From contig JAFYGI010000053.1 in assembly GCA_017543265.1 (NCBI GenBank), forward strand, positions 12,516-44,515: a stretch of DNA of 32,000 nucleotides, read 5' to 3'. Under the pieces are notes generated by a model. That model did no database searches and was not told the DNA's origin. It was given only the letters and a program-made list of their open reading frames with translations. The position numbers were made by a program, and so were the translations under genes. The DNA comes from Bacillota bacterium (lineage in GTDB: Bacteria > Bacillota > Clostridia > Lachnospirales > CAG-274). Shown here piece by piece: positions 7,414-16,415 of the stretch (its first letter is position 1; each line of letters begins with the position of its first letter).

Positions 7414-8940
7414 ATGGCAGACAACAAAAAGAAAAAGAACTCCGCGGGTGATGCCCGGGAGAACAAAACGAATGTTTTTATGCGAAGATACAAGCGCAAT
7501 CTTATCATCATTTTTACTGCGCTGATATTTTTGTTTGATATTTTGCTTACCACGGCCGTGTCGTACTATGCCACAAACACGATGAACAGGAAGATATCCA
7601 TGCTGATGGGTGCAAACACCTACCAGCAGGCCATGAATGTTGACTCGTACTTTAATAATATCAAGGACACGTCGTCGCTGTTTTTCTCCGACGAGATGTA
7701 CTATACCTACGATGCCACACAGGTCACGGACGATATAGAGAAGATAGAAAAGGAAAGCGTGCTGGTAGACCGTATAAGGAGCCTTGGCGTGCTTGAAAAC
7801 TTTTCCGACTTCGGCATTATCTACGCCGATAACGATTACATCGGCTGGCTGTCCGAGGGTATGTTTGAAATGCTTGCCCATGACGAGATGTACACCTTCT
7901 TTTCAAACCACATTTCCGCCGAAAATGCGGAGTCGGGCTGGTTTTGTACATCCATGAACAACTACGACAGAATATACTACGTTAAAAAGATAAACGACCA
8001 CGCCGTGCTGGTGGCGGCCATTTTCAGCCGTGAGCTGGAGTCGGTATTCAACGTGCCGCAAAGCCTTGACGGTATGGATGTAAGGCTTACCGACGAAAAC
8101 AACATCGTGCTTTACTCCACCAACAAGGACGAGATAGGCAAGGTGTTGGGCGACGACATCAAAAGGCTGGTCATAAGGGGCGTGTCCGCATCGGACAAGG
8201 ACTACCTTGTTACATCGGTGCCCGCGGCGACAAACGGCTGGAACATCATTTGTTCGCTGCCCGAAAAATACGTTACGGAGGATATTTCACGTCTGGTAAT
8301 GTTTACGCAGATATTTTCCACCCTGCTTTTGATAGCGGTGGCGATATTCGGTTATCTGGCGTTGTTCAGGGTGTCAAACCCCATATCGGAGCTGGTGTCG
8401 AGCCTTGCCGACAAGGCGGAGCACGACCAGCTGACGGGTGCTATCAACAAAATGTCCTTCCGCACCATGACGGAGACCCTTATGATAAACGGTACGCCAA
8501 ACGATGCCGTGTCGTTTGTTATGTTTGATATGGACAACTTCAAGCGGGTAAACGATAATCTCGGCCATATAACGGGCGATGACGTGCTGGTGCGCTTTGC
8601 AAAGCTGCTTAACTCGCGCAGCGATGCGGACAGCATCTTCGGACGTATAGGCGGTGACGAGTTTGCCATGCTGACTATCAAAAAGGATACCTCGCCCGAA
8701 AAATTAAGGGAAATGATGGAACCCCGTCTGGAGGAGCTGAGGATGTCGTTTTTGAACGAGTTTGAGGTATTCAACAAAAGCTGCGGACTGTCGCTGAGTA
8801 TCGGCGCGGTCATGGCCAATGACGACAATATGGATTTTGAAAGCGCGTACAAGCTTGCCGACGATGCGCTGTATACATCCAAAAACGAGGGCAAGAACAG
8901 AGTTACCATAGTAGTTAAAAAAGGCAGTGATGTGCAATGA
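7414..8940 (+). CDS. Membrane-bound sensor diguanylate cyclase (TM - ~250-aa extracytoplasmic domain - TM - GGDEF)
   Basis: C-terminal GGDEF domain with an intact RIGGDEF active site (DMDNFKRVNDNLGH...GRIGGDEFAML...ADDALYTSKNEGKNR). Two TM segments bracket a Cache-like sized domain. Start trimmed to ATG 7414 (AGAGGTGA RBS). Confidence 0.88.
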   Translation: MADNKKKKNSAGDARENKTNVFMRRYKRNLIIIFTALIFLFDILLTTAVSYYATNTMNRKISMLMGANTYQQAMNVDSYFNNIKDTSSLFFSDEMYYTYDATQVTDDIEKIEKESVLVDRIRSLGVLENFSDFGIIYADNDYIGWLSEGMFEMLAHDEMYTFFSNHISAENAESGWFCTSMNNYDRIYYVKKINDHAVLVAAIFSRELESVFNVPQSLDGMDVRLTDENNIVLYSTNKDEIGKVLGDDIKRLVIRGVSASDKDYLVTSVPAATNGWNIICSLPEKYVTEDISRLVMFTQIFSTLLLIAVAIFGYLALFRVSNPISELVSSLADKAEHDQLTGAINKMSFRTMTETLMINGTPNDAVSFVMFDMDNFKRVNDNLGHITGDDVLVRFAKLLNSRSDADSIFGRIGGDEFAMLTIKKDTSPEKLREMMEPRLEELRMSFLNEFEVFNKSCGLSLSIGAVMANDDNMDFESAYKLADDALYTSKNEGKNRVTIVVKKGSDVQ

Positions 8941-10217
8941 AAAGGTTTATCGGAATAATGCTTGCCTGCGTTACGGCGTTAAGCACAGCGGGCTGCGGAA
9001 AAAGCGGTGACGATATTATCGTGTACGGCGGCAATACGGAAAACAAAAAACAAATATCCCTTGCATGGTGGGGCAACGATGCACGCGCATCCTATACTAT
9101 GGACGGTGTAAGTGCGTTTGAGCAGCTTAACCCCGAAATAGGCGTAAAATGCAAATACGGCGTATGGGCGGGCTATACAAAGCGACAGAATATCTATATG
9201 CTCTCGCATGACGAGCCCGATGTTATGCAGATAAATTTTGACTGGATACGCACATATTCCCCCGACGGCAAGGGCTTTTACGATATGAACAGGCTGTCGG
9301 ATATAATAGACCTGTCAAATTTTGAGGACAAGGACCTTAGCTACGGCATGGTGGAGGGCAGGCTGAACGCTATCCCCATTGCGCTGAATACGCATTGTAT
9401 ATTTGTAAACAAGGACATTTACGACAAGTACGGTCTGGATATACCCAAAAGCTGGGACGATTATTTCAACGCCGCAAAGGTGATGAAGGCGGACGGCATT
9501 TACCCGATAAGCATGGGCGACAAACAGCTGTTTTTCCTTGCGGTGGCCTATCTTGAACAGACGACGGGACACTCGGCCTGTACGGTGGACGGCGAGCTTT
9601 CGCTGACAAAAGAGGATATTGCGGTCATGCTGGAATTTTACGGCAGAATGCACGATGAAAAGGTGCTTATGCCCATAAAATCGTCGGATTTTGCATCGTT
9701 TGCAAACGGCATAAGCGCTGCGACCCTGCGCTGGATAAGCGGCTCACAGACCATGTTTGACGGCCTTTTCAAGGAAGAGGTGCATATCGTGCCCGCGCCC
9801 TATCCAACGATAAGCGGCTCGGTGGACGATACGGACGATCTGGGCTGGTATGTTAAGCCCGCTACGCTCTATGCCATAAGCGGCAATACGGAGCATCCCA
9901 AGGAGGCGGCAAAGCTTGTCAACTTCCTGTTAAACAGCGAGGAAATGGCTATGCTGCAAAAGACCGAAAAGGGTATTCCCATAAGCAAGAGCGCGTTAAA
10001 GGTGCTGCAGGAAAACGGACAGCTTGACAATATCGACTATGTGGCTACCGAGGCTATGTTCAACTACAGGGACAAGCTTAAAATGATGCAGCCCATACTG
10101 AAAAAGGAAAGCACCTTCCTGACGTTTTTCGAGGGTGCGCAGTATTATCTTTATAAGCAGCAGACCCTTGATGAGGCTGCGGAAAATATATACAACAATA
10201 TCTACAGCAATAAATAA
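8937..10217 (+). CDS. Extracellular solute-binding lipoprotein (family 1, sugar-type ABC SBP) with no adjacent permease or ATPase
   Basis: Lipobox LSTAGC. 426 aa with MalE-like SBP length and composition. The ATG overlaps the cyclase stop (ATGA). Followed directly by a terminator. Confidence 0.8.
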   Translation: MKRFIGIMLACVTALSTAGCGKSGDDIIVYGGNTENKKQISLAWWGNDARASYTMDGVSAFEQLNPEIGVKCKYGVWAGYTKRQNIYMLSHDEPDVMQINFDWIRTYSPDGKGFYDMNRLSDIIDLSNFEDKDLSYGMVEGRLNAIPIALNTHCIFVNKDIYDKYGLDIPKSWDDYFNAAKVMKADGIYPISMGDKQLFFLAVAYLEQTTGHSACTVDGELSLTKEDIAVMLEFYGRMHDEKVLMPIKSSDFASFANGISAATLRWISGSQTMFDGLFKEEVHIVPAPYPTISGSVDDTDDLGWYVKPATLYAISGNTEHPKEAAKLVNFLLNSEEMAMLQKTEKGIPISKSALKVLQENGQLDNIDYVATEAMFNYRDKLKMMQPILKKESTFLTFFEGAQYYLYKQQTLDEAAENIYNNIYSNK

Positions 10218-10222
10218 CATAC

Positions 10223-10285
10223 AAAAAGCGGATGTGTCCGGGACAGAGAAAGATGGTCTCTGCGGGGCATATCCGCTGTTTTTTG
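10223..10285. terminator. Bidirectional terminator between the SBP and the EAL gene
   Basis: AAAAAGCGGATGTGTCCGGGACAGAGA...TCTCTGCGGGGCATATCCGCTGTTTTTTG. A long imperfect stem flanked by an A-run and a T-run. Confidence 0.8.
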
Positions 10286-10298
10286 TTTGAATATTTGT

Positions 10299-11990
10299 TT
10301 AATTTATCGGCTCAAAGTGGTTTTTGCGTATTATCCCGGTCACGCTGTCAAAATCCACGGGACGGCTGTAGTAATAGCCCTGTGCGTTGCAGCAGCCCAT
10401 ATTTATCAATGCGCGGCCCTCGTCCGCTGTCTCCACACCCTCGGCGATAACGTCCATTTCAAGCCTTTCGGCTATCTGTATTATCGTTTCGACCAGTATG
10501 CCCGATTTGTTGTCGAGCCTGAGTGCGCTTACAAAGCTTTTGTCTATTTTGATAACATCTGCGCTTATGCTGTGTATCAGCGACAGCGACGAATAGCCCG
10601 TGCCAAAGTCGTCAATGGCTATTTGCAGGCCGTTTTGCTTAAGTATGGCAAGAAAGCCTTTAAGACGGTCTATCTCGTCCTCTTTTGCGGTCTCCGTTAT
10701 CTCTATCTCCAGCGCATCGGTGGAGATGCCGTGCTTTTGTATTATATCCAGTATTTTATGCTCTATATCGGGCACAAACAGGTTTTTGCGCGATATGTTA
10801 AAGGAAACGCGCGGCGGTGTAAGCCCCATGTCGAGCCATCTGCGTATGGCCGCGCAGGTCTCGTCAAGTATGGTCATGTCAAGGTCGTGTATAAGCCCCT
10901 GACGGTCGAGCACGGGGATGAACCGGTCGGGGTATATATAGCTGCCGTCATGCTTCCAGCGGCACAGCGCCTCAAGCCCCACAAGCTCGCCCGTGAGCAT
11001 ATTGACCTTTGGCTGGAAAAACGGCGTAAACTCGTGGCTTGCCACCGCGGGACGAAACATTGCCGTTATCTCCCTTGCCCTTTTCATCATCGCCGCAAGG
11101 TCGTTGTCGTAGTACACGACCGATCTTTTAAGCTGATGCTTGCCGAGCGAACAGGCAACGGAGGCCTGCTCCACCCGCACGTTTATCGTTATGCCGTCAT
11201 CCTCAATGGGGGCTATGCCAAGCCACGGCGACAGGGTGAATTCCTTGCCCGGGGCGGAGGCCAGACCGCCTATTTTTATGGTGTCAAGCCTTTGGATAAC
11301 GTCCTGTAGGTTTTCCTTTTTGATAAGCATTACATAGTTGTCGCCGCCCATACGGCAGACACATTCGTCCGCTTTTGCATAGTCCATCACGGTATGCGCA
11401 AATTTCACCATAAGCTCGTCACCCGTGCGCACGCCCGCCGTCTGGTTGATGTATTTATAGTTGCGCAGATTGGCAAATATTACCGCGTAATTTGCGGCGG
11501 GTACGGTCTTTGTTATATCGTGGTAGAACCTGCGGAAAAACGATATATTGGGCACCGATGTCTGTAGGTCGTAATACTCCGCATAATCAAGCATGGTGCG
11601 TATGTTCTGCCTGCTGACGATAAGGTATACCTGGTCGGCGAGAAATTGATAGATGTCAGGGTCGAGATCCTCTTTTTTTACGCCGGGGTCAAACTCTATA
11701 TAGGCGTGAACATACTCCAGATCGTCATAGTAATAGGTGTATTTCATCACCAGCTCGGTCTCGACGTGCTCGTCGTAAAGCAATATTTTGTTGTTTTCCA
11801 TTTTCTCCGCGATTATCAGCTTGTGCGTGCGGGGGTCTGTATAGCGCTCGTAGCCAAGGTCTATATCGTAGTACATTTTACGCACATTCACGCTTTGGCA
11901 CAGCTCGGTATAGTCCGCGGGCACAAGGACACGCGAAGCGGCCTTTTCGGCAAGAGTACGCAGAGCGTCGAATATTTTGTTTTTATCCAT
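10299..11990 (-). CDS. c-di-GMP phosphodiesterase: unknown N-terminal domain + degenerate GGDEF + EAL
   Basis: EAL-domain motifs are all present (LEALCRW, SFNIS, EIEITE, IDDFGTGYSSL, KIDKSFV, AEGVET, QGYYYSRP). The GGDEF site is degenerate (RMGGDNY). The ORF-track GTG at 11999 sits 1 nt after the RBS (AAGGA), so the start is set to ATG 11990. Confidence 0.88.
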   Translation of the reverse strand: MDKNKIFDALRTLAEKAASRVLVPADYTELCQSVNVRKMYYDIDLGYERYTDPRTHKLIIAEKMENNKILLYDEHVETELVMKYTYYYDDLEYVHAYIEFDPGVKKEDLDPDIYQFLADQVYLIVSRQNIRTMLDYAEYYDLQTSVPNISFFRRFYHDITKTVPAANYAVIFANLRNYKYINQTAGVRTGDELMVKFAHTVMDYAKADECVCRMGGDNYVMLIKKENLQDVIQRLDTIKIGGLASAPGKEFTLSPWLGIAPIEDDGITINVRVEQASVACSLGKHQLKRSVVYYDNDLAAMMKRAREITAMFRPAVASHEFTPFFQPKVNMLTGELVGLEALCRWKHDGSYIYPDRFIPVLDRQGLIHDLDMTILDETCAAIRRWLDMGLTPPRVSFNISRKNLFVPDIEHKILDIIQKHGISTDALEIEITETAKEDEIDRLKGFLAILKQNGLQIAIDDFGTGYSSLSLIHSISADVIKIDKSFVSALRLDNKSGILVETIIQIAERLEMDVIAEGVETADEGRALINMGCCNAQGYYYSRPVDFDSVTGIIRKNHFEPIN

Positions 11991-12005
11991 TGTGTTCACA
12001 TCCTT

Positions 12006-13088
12006 TTAAAGCCCGTTAAATGCGGCGGCGACCTCGTCAAGCCTTATGCTTTTCCCGAGCCTTTGCGAAAGATAAGCGCCGTTTGTAAGAAGCAGCGTGC
12101 CCACGCCGTCACGGCCGGGGGCAATAAGCGGTGCATCGTGCATCACTGCATTGGCAAAGTTTTCCAGCATACCCGTATAAAGCCCCGTGTCGGATATTTT
12201 TTCAAGCACGGGAACGGTAATTTCGGTCTCCAGCTGCTCGCGTGCATGGCAGGCGGCAGTTTTCCTGTATTCGTCCGTATCGGCGGAAAAAGAGGATATT
12301 TTAAGCTGTGTGCCGTTAAGCTCCGCGGCCTTTTTACTGCCCGATATTATCAGCCTGTCCTCATATATGCCCTCGGCGGTGGATATTATAAAGCTGCCCG
12401 TGCGGCCGTCGGCGTAGTCCATAAGAAGGCTTGCCTCGTCCTCCACGTCAAAATCGTTGTACTTGCCGAACCTTACCAGCGCATAAAGCCTGTCGGGCAG
12501 GCCGAAAAGCCATTGCCACAAGTCAAGCGGGTGCTGACCCTGATTTATCAGCGCACCGCCGCCCTCGCCCTCAACGGTGCTGCGCCACGGACTGCTTTTG
12601 TGATAGGCGTTTGTGCGGAAATACCGCGTGGAAACGTATGCCATGCGGTGTATGGTGCCAAAATCGCCGTTTGTAATCATGTTTTTAAGGTAGTTATATT
12701 CGGGGCGCATACGCTGGTGGAACATCAGCGCATATTTAAGGCCGCACTCGTCTGCGGCATCTGCCATTTTTACCGCATCCGCAGCCAGTATGCCCGCAGG
12801 CTTGTCGCACAAAACGTGCTTTTTGTGTGCAAAGGCCCTGAGTGTAAGCTCGGGGTGGGTCTTGTGCGGGGTGGCTATCAAAAGCGCATCAAAAAGCGCC
12901 GCATTTTCAAACAGCTCGTCCGCGCTGCGGCATATATGCACGCCCTTAAAGCCCTTGCCCCAGGCAAGCGCCTCGTCGCTGCGGCAGACCATCGCGGTAA
13001 GCTGTGTACCCGCGGCCTGTCCGCCGTATATCATATCGGCATATTTCCTGCCCATATTTCCTGTGCCGATTATTGCAATTTTAACCAT
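12006..13088 (-). CDS. Gfo/Idh/MocA family NAD(P)-dependent oxidoreductase
   Basis: N-terminal Rossmann motif MVKIAIIGTGNMGRKY and typical length. The stop lies 15 nt upstream of the EAL ATG, so the two genes form an operon. The alternative start at 13100 adds MGYF. Confidence 0.85.
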   Translation of the reverse strand: MVKIAIIGTGNMGRKYADMIYGGQAAGTQLTAMVCRSDEALAWGKGFKGVHICRSADELFENAALFDALLIATPHKTHPELTLRAFAHKKHVLCDKPAGILAADAVKMADAADECGLKYALMFHQRMRPEYNYLKNMITNGDFGTIHRMAYVSTRYFRTNAYHKSSPWRSTVEGEGGGALINQGQHPLDLWQWLFGLPDRLYALVRFGKYNDFDVEDEASLLMDYADGRTGSFIISTAEGIYEDRLIISGSKKAAELNGTQLKISSFSADTDEYRKTAACHAREQLETEITVPVLEKISDTGLYTGMLENFANAVMHDAPLIAPGRDGVGTLLLTNGAYLSQRLGKSIRLDEVAAAFNGL

Positions 13089-13271
13089 AAAATACCCCAT
13101 TTTTTTTTATTGTAACATAAATTACATAAAAATAGAAGAGTTTTTTATTTGCAATTTTGCCTATTAACGTTGTTGCGCACGTTTCGTTTGGTAAAATGCT
13201 CATGCGGTAGGCTGACGCGGTCGGCGATCCCCGCCGAATTACTGCCTGACGGTGGTGCGGCAAGTAAAACC

Positions 13272-13364
13272 AATTTGAAAACGGTTATCAAAATAAATTT
13301 GAAAATTGTTATCATTTCTATTGACAAACTGGGTTTTATAGTGTAAAATTGAAATCGGTTTTCA
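13272..13364 (+). promoter_or_regulatory. Three Fur-family (Zur-type) operator-like 15-mers
   Basis: TGAAAACGGTTATCA (13276-13290), TGAAAATTGTTATCA (13300-13314) and TGAAATCGGTTTTCA (13350-13364). Each is preceded by AATT/AAATT and each resembles the 7-1-7 TGAAAAT-N-ATTTTCA Zur-box architecture. The third overlaps the -10/TSS. Confidence 0.6.
13321..13349 (+). promoter_or_regulatory. Promoter of the zur-znuACB operon
   Basis: TTGACA (13321-13326), 17 nt, TAAAAT (13344-13349). Confidence 0.6.
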
Positions 13365-13388
13365 AATTGGACAAAACGAGGTGAGTAT

Positions 13389-13817
13389 ATGGCTTCCGGA
13401 TACAGGACAAAACAGGGTGATATACTGCTGGAGCTTTTAAAGCAAAGACAGGGCAGCCATATTACCGTAAACGAGGTGTGCGAGTGCCTGAGGGCGCAGG
13501 GTACGCCCATAGGTACGGCCACGGTGTACCGCCGCCTTGAAAAGCTGGTGGACGAGGGCGTGGTGAACAAGTACAACATAGACAACAACTCCCCCGCCTG
13601 CTTTGAGTACATAGGCGGTGAAAACTGCGGCGATGAGGTGTGCTTTCACTACAAGTGCGAAAAGTGCGGCAAGCTGGTGCATCTGCATTGTGAGGAGTTT
13701 AAGGAGCTGTGCGGACACCTTGACAAGCATCACGGCTTTTTGCTTGACCCGATGCGCACCGTGTTTTACGGCATCTGCGAGGAATGCAGAAAAAGCATAA
13801 AAAGCACTGAACAATAG
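13389..13817 (+). CDS. zur: Fur-family metalloregulator, most likely the zinc uptake regulator Zur
   Basis: 142 aa with a winged-helix N-terminus (TVYRRLEKLVDEG) and two CxxC pairs (CEKCG, CEECR). It is the first gene of a znuACB operon. GAGGTGA RBS. Confidence 0.8.
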   Translation: MASGYRTKQGDILLELLKQRQGSHITVNEVCECLRAQGTPIGTATVYRRLEKLVDEGVVNKYNIDNNSPACFEYIGGENCGDEVCFHYKCEKCGKLVHLHCEEFKELCGHLDKHHGFLLDPMRTVFYGICEECRKSIKSTEQ

Positions 13818-13873
13818 GATGCCAAAAATAATTTTGCACATTTTATCAGTGTTTTCATAAAGGAGAATACAAA

Positions 13874-14851
13874 ATGAGAAAAACAATAACGGCAATACTT
13901 TCGGCAATGCTTGTGCTTTGCGGCCTTACGGGCTGCGGCACGGGAGAGAACGGCGCACCCGCGGCGGATAACGGCAAGGTAAAAATAGTTGCCACGATCT
14001 TCCCCGAGTATGACTGGGTGAGAAATATCGCAGGCGACAATGCGGATGTTACGCTGCTGCTTGACAACGGTGCCGACCTGCACAGCTTTCAGCCCACGGC
14101 GGAGGACGTGCTTAAAATATCGGACTGTGATATATTCGTATATGTTGGCGGCGAGTCGGACGAATGGGCGGAGCAGGCGCTGGAACAGGCCGTGAACAAG
14201 GATATGCAGGTCATCGACCTTATGGATGTTATGGGCGAAAGTGCCAAGGAGGAAGAGATAAAAGAGGGTATGCAGGCCGAGCCCGAGGAAGAAGAGGGCG
14301 GGGAGGAAGCACCCGAGTATGACGAGCACGTCTGGCTGTCGGTCAAAAACGCAAGGCTTTTCTGCGCAAGGATAACAGAGGTGCTGTGCGAAAAGGACCC
14401 GCAAAATGCGCAGACATACAGGGAAAACCTTGCGGCCTACGACGAAAAACTTGCCGCGCTTGACGGAAAGTTTACCGCTTTGACGGAAAAGGCGGCGGGC
14501 AGGACGCTTATCTTCGGCGACCGTTTCCCGTTCAGATACCTTACGGACGATTACGGGCTTGAATACTATGCGGCCTTTGTGGGCTGCTCCGCGGAGACCG
14601 AGGCAAGCTTTGAAACGATAGCCTTTCTTGCGGGCAAGGCCGACGAGCTTGGCAGCAAGCGTATATACACCATAGACGGCTCCGACCAAAAGATAGCAAA
14701 GGCCGTTATAAACAGCACCAAAACAAAGGATATGCAGATAGCGGTGCTGGATTCCATGCAGTCGGTAACGGGCGTGCAGGCGGAAAACGGCACGGATTAT
14801 TTATCCGTCATGCAAAAGAATTATGAGGTGCTTAAAGAGGACCTTGAATAA
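13874..14851 (+). CDS. znuA: Zinc ABC transporter substrate-binding lipoprotein (cluster A-I, ZnuA/AdcA-like)
   Basis: Lipobox LTGCG. TroA-like fold motifs (KIVATIFPEYDW, DLHSFQP, DEHVWLS). The central loop is purely acidic (EEEIKEGMQAEPEEEEGGEEAPEYDEH) rather than His-rich. Confidence 0.85.
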   Translation: MRKTITAILSAMLVLCGLTGCGTGENGAPAADNGKVKIVATIFPEYDWVRNIAGDNADVTLLLDNGADLHSFQPTAEDVLKISDCDIFVYVGGESDEWAEQALEQAVNKDMQVIDLMDVMGESAKEEEIKEGMQAEPEEEEGGEEAPEYDEHVWLSVKNARLFCARITEVLCEKDPQNAQTYRENLAAYDEKLAALDGKFTALTEKAAGRTLIFGDRFPFRYLTDDYGLEYYAAFVGCSAETEASFETIAFLAGKADELGSKRIYTIDGSDQKIAKAVINSTKTKDMQIAVLDSMQSVTGVQAENGTDYLSVMQKNYEVLKEDLE

Positions 14852-14863
14852 ACGGAGGATACC

Positions 14864-15568
14864 ATGTCCGAACAGATAGTATGCAAAAACGTCACGCTGG
14901 GCTACGAGGACGGCGCGGTGGCGGAAAATCTGAATTTTACCGTAAATAAGGGCGATTACCTTTTTGTGCTGGGCGAAAACGGCTCGGGCAAAAGTACGCT
15001 TGTCAAGACCCTTTTGGGGCTTACGGGCGTTTTAAGCGGCGAGATAAGCGGCAGTATCTCACACAAGGAGATAGGCTATCTGCCGCAGCAGACGCTTGTC
15101 CAGCGGGATTTTCCCGCATCCGTAAGGGAGATAGTGCTTTCGGGCTGTCTGTCAAAGTGCGGCCTGCGTCCGTTTTACAACAGTCGGGAGAAAGCGCTTG
15201 CCCAAAAGGCAATGGAGGAGCTGGGCATAACCGACCTTTCCACACGCTGTTACCGCGAGCTTTCGGGCGGTCAGCAGCAGCGCGTACTGCTTGCGCGGGC
15301 ACTTTGTGCAACTGGCAGTATACTTTTGCTGGACGAGCCTGTGACGGGTCTGGACCCGATGGCGGCGGCGGATATGTATGCCATTATAGAAAGACTTAAC
15401 AAAAACGGCATTACCGTAATAATGATCTCCCACGACATAGATGCGGCGGCAAAATACGCAAGCCATGTGCTGCACATGGGCGAAAACATTTTTTACGGCA
15501 CGCTTGAGGAATTCGCCCAAAGTGAGCAGGGCAGAGACTTTTTTAAGGCGGGTGACACAAATGCTTGA
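14864..15568 (+). CDS. znuC: Zinc ABC transporter ATP-binding protein
   Basis: Walker A GENGSGKST, signature LSGGQQQR, Walker B LLLDEP. Confidence 0.88.
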   Translation: MSEQIVCKNVTLGYEDGAVAENLNFTVNKGDYLFVLGENGSGKSTLVKTLLGLTGVLSGEISGSISHKEIGYLPQQTLVQRDFPASVREIVLSGCLSKCGLRPFYNSREKALAQKAMEELGITDLSTRCYRELSGGQQQRVLLARALCATGSILLLDEPVTGLDPMAAADMYAIIERLNKNGITVIMISHDIDAAAKYASHVLHMGENIFYGTLEEFAQSEQGRDFFKAGDTNA

Positions 15569-16400
15569 TAAGCTTAATACTTATTTTCAGTTTTCCTTTG
15601 TGTGGTACGCACTTATTGTGGGCGTGCTTATCGCGCTTTGCTCGTCCCTGCTTGGCGTAACGCTGGTGCTTAAACGCTTTTCGTTTATAGGTGACGGCCT
15701 GTCGCACGTTGCCTTCGGCGCAATGGCGATAGCAAGCGTTGCCAATTTTACAAATAAAATGCTGCTGGTACTGCCTATAACCATGGTGTCGGCGATACTG
15801 CTTTTAAGAAGCGGTCAAAACACAAAAATAAAGGGCGATGCGGCAATTGCCATGATATCCGTGGGTGCGCTTGCCTTTGGCTATATGCTGATGAATATTT
15901 TCCCGTCAACGGCCAATATTTCGGGGGATGTGTGCGGCACGCTTTTCGGCTCCACGGCCATAATAACGCTTAACAAAAGCGATGTGTGGCTGTGCCTTGT
16001 GCTGTCGGCGGTGGTTATTGCGGTGTTTGTGATATTCTACAACAAAATATTTGCCGTTACCTTTGACGAAAACTTTGCAAAGGCCACGGGCACAAACGCA
16101 AATGCCTATAACCTGCTTATTGCGGTCATAATCGCGGTGATAATCGTGCTGGCGATGAATTTGGTGGGCTCGCTTCTGATATCGGCGCTGGTCATCTTCC
16201 CCGCGCTGTCGGCAATGCGTATTTTCAAAAGCTTTAAGGGCGTTACCGTTTGCTCGGCGATACTGTCGTCGGTCTGCGCCTTTTTGGGTATAATGGTGTC
16301 GATACTGGCAAATACGCCCGTGGGAAGTACCATAGTGGCGGTGGATGTGCTGGCCTTTGGGCTGTGCTGCGCTGTGGGATATTTTGCGGTGCGTGCGTGA
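15561..16400 (+). CDS. znuB: Zinc ABC transporter permease
   Basis: About 280 aa, polytopic, ABC-3 family look. Start trimmed to ATG 15561, which overlaps the znuC stop by 8 nt. The ORF-track start at 15441 lies inside znuC. Confidence 0.85.
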   Translation: MLDKLNTYFQFSFVWYALIVGVLIALCSSLLGVTLVLKRFSFIGDGLSHVAFGAMAIASVANFTNKMLLVLPITMVSAILLLRSGQNTKIKGDAAIAMISVGALAFGYMLMNIFPSTANISGDVCGTLFGSTAIITLNKSDVWLCLVLSAVVIAVFVIFYNKIFAVTFDENFAKATGTNANAYNLLIAVIIAVIIVLAMNLVGSLLISALVIFPALSAMRIFKSFKGVTVCSAILSSVCAFLGIMVSILANTPVGSTIVAVDVLAFGLCCAVGYFAVRA

Positions 16401-16415
16401 ACGGAGGTAAGGGAT

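Noticed and set aside
10287-13115. Long plus-strand ORFs (10287-11309, 340 aa; 11646-13115, 489 aa) opposite the EAL and oxidoreductase genes
   Set aside because: They are antisense shadows of well-supported minus-strand genes. The proteins are Arg/Val/Tyr/Lys-rich low-information sequences with no motifs or RBS. The same applies to 23639-25417 (opposite glgB), 15906-17021, 13766-14689, 5444-6136, 21064-21840 and 19467-20414.
13170-13262. c-di-GMP riboswitch upstream of the oxidoreductase-EAL operon
   Set aside because: Neither strand shows the GEMM-I hallmarks (GGCAAACC, GACGCAAAGCC, tetraloop/receptor). The island also lies upstream of the likely promoters. It is kept only as an unexplained GC island.
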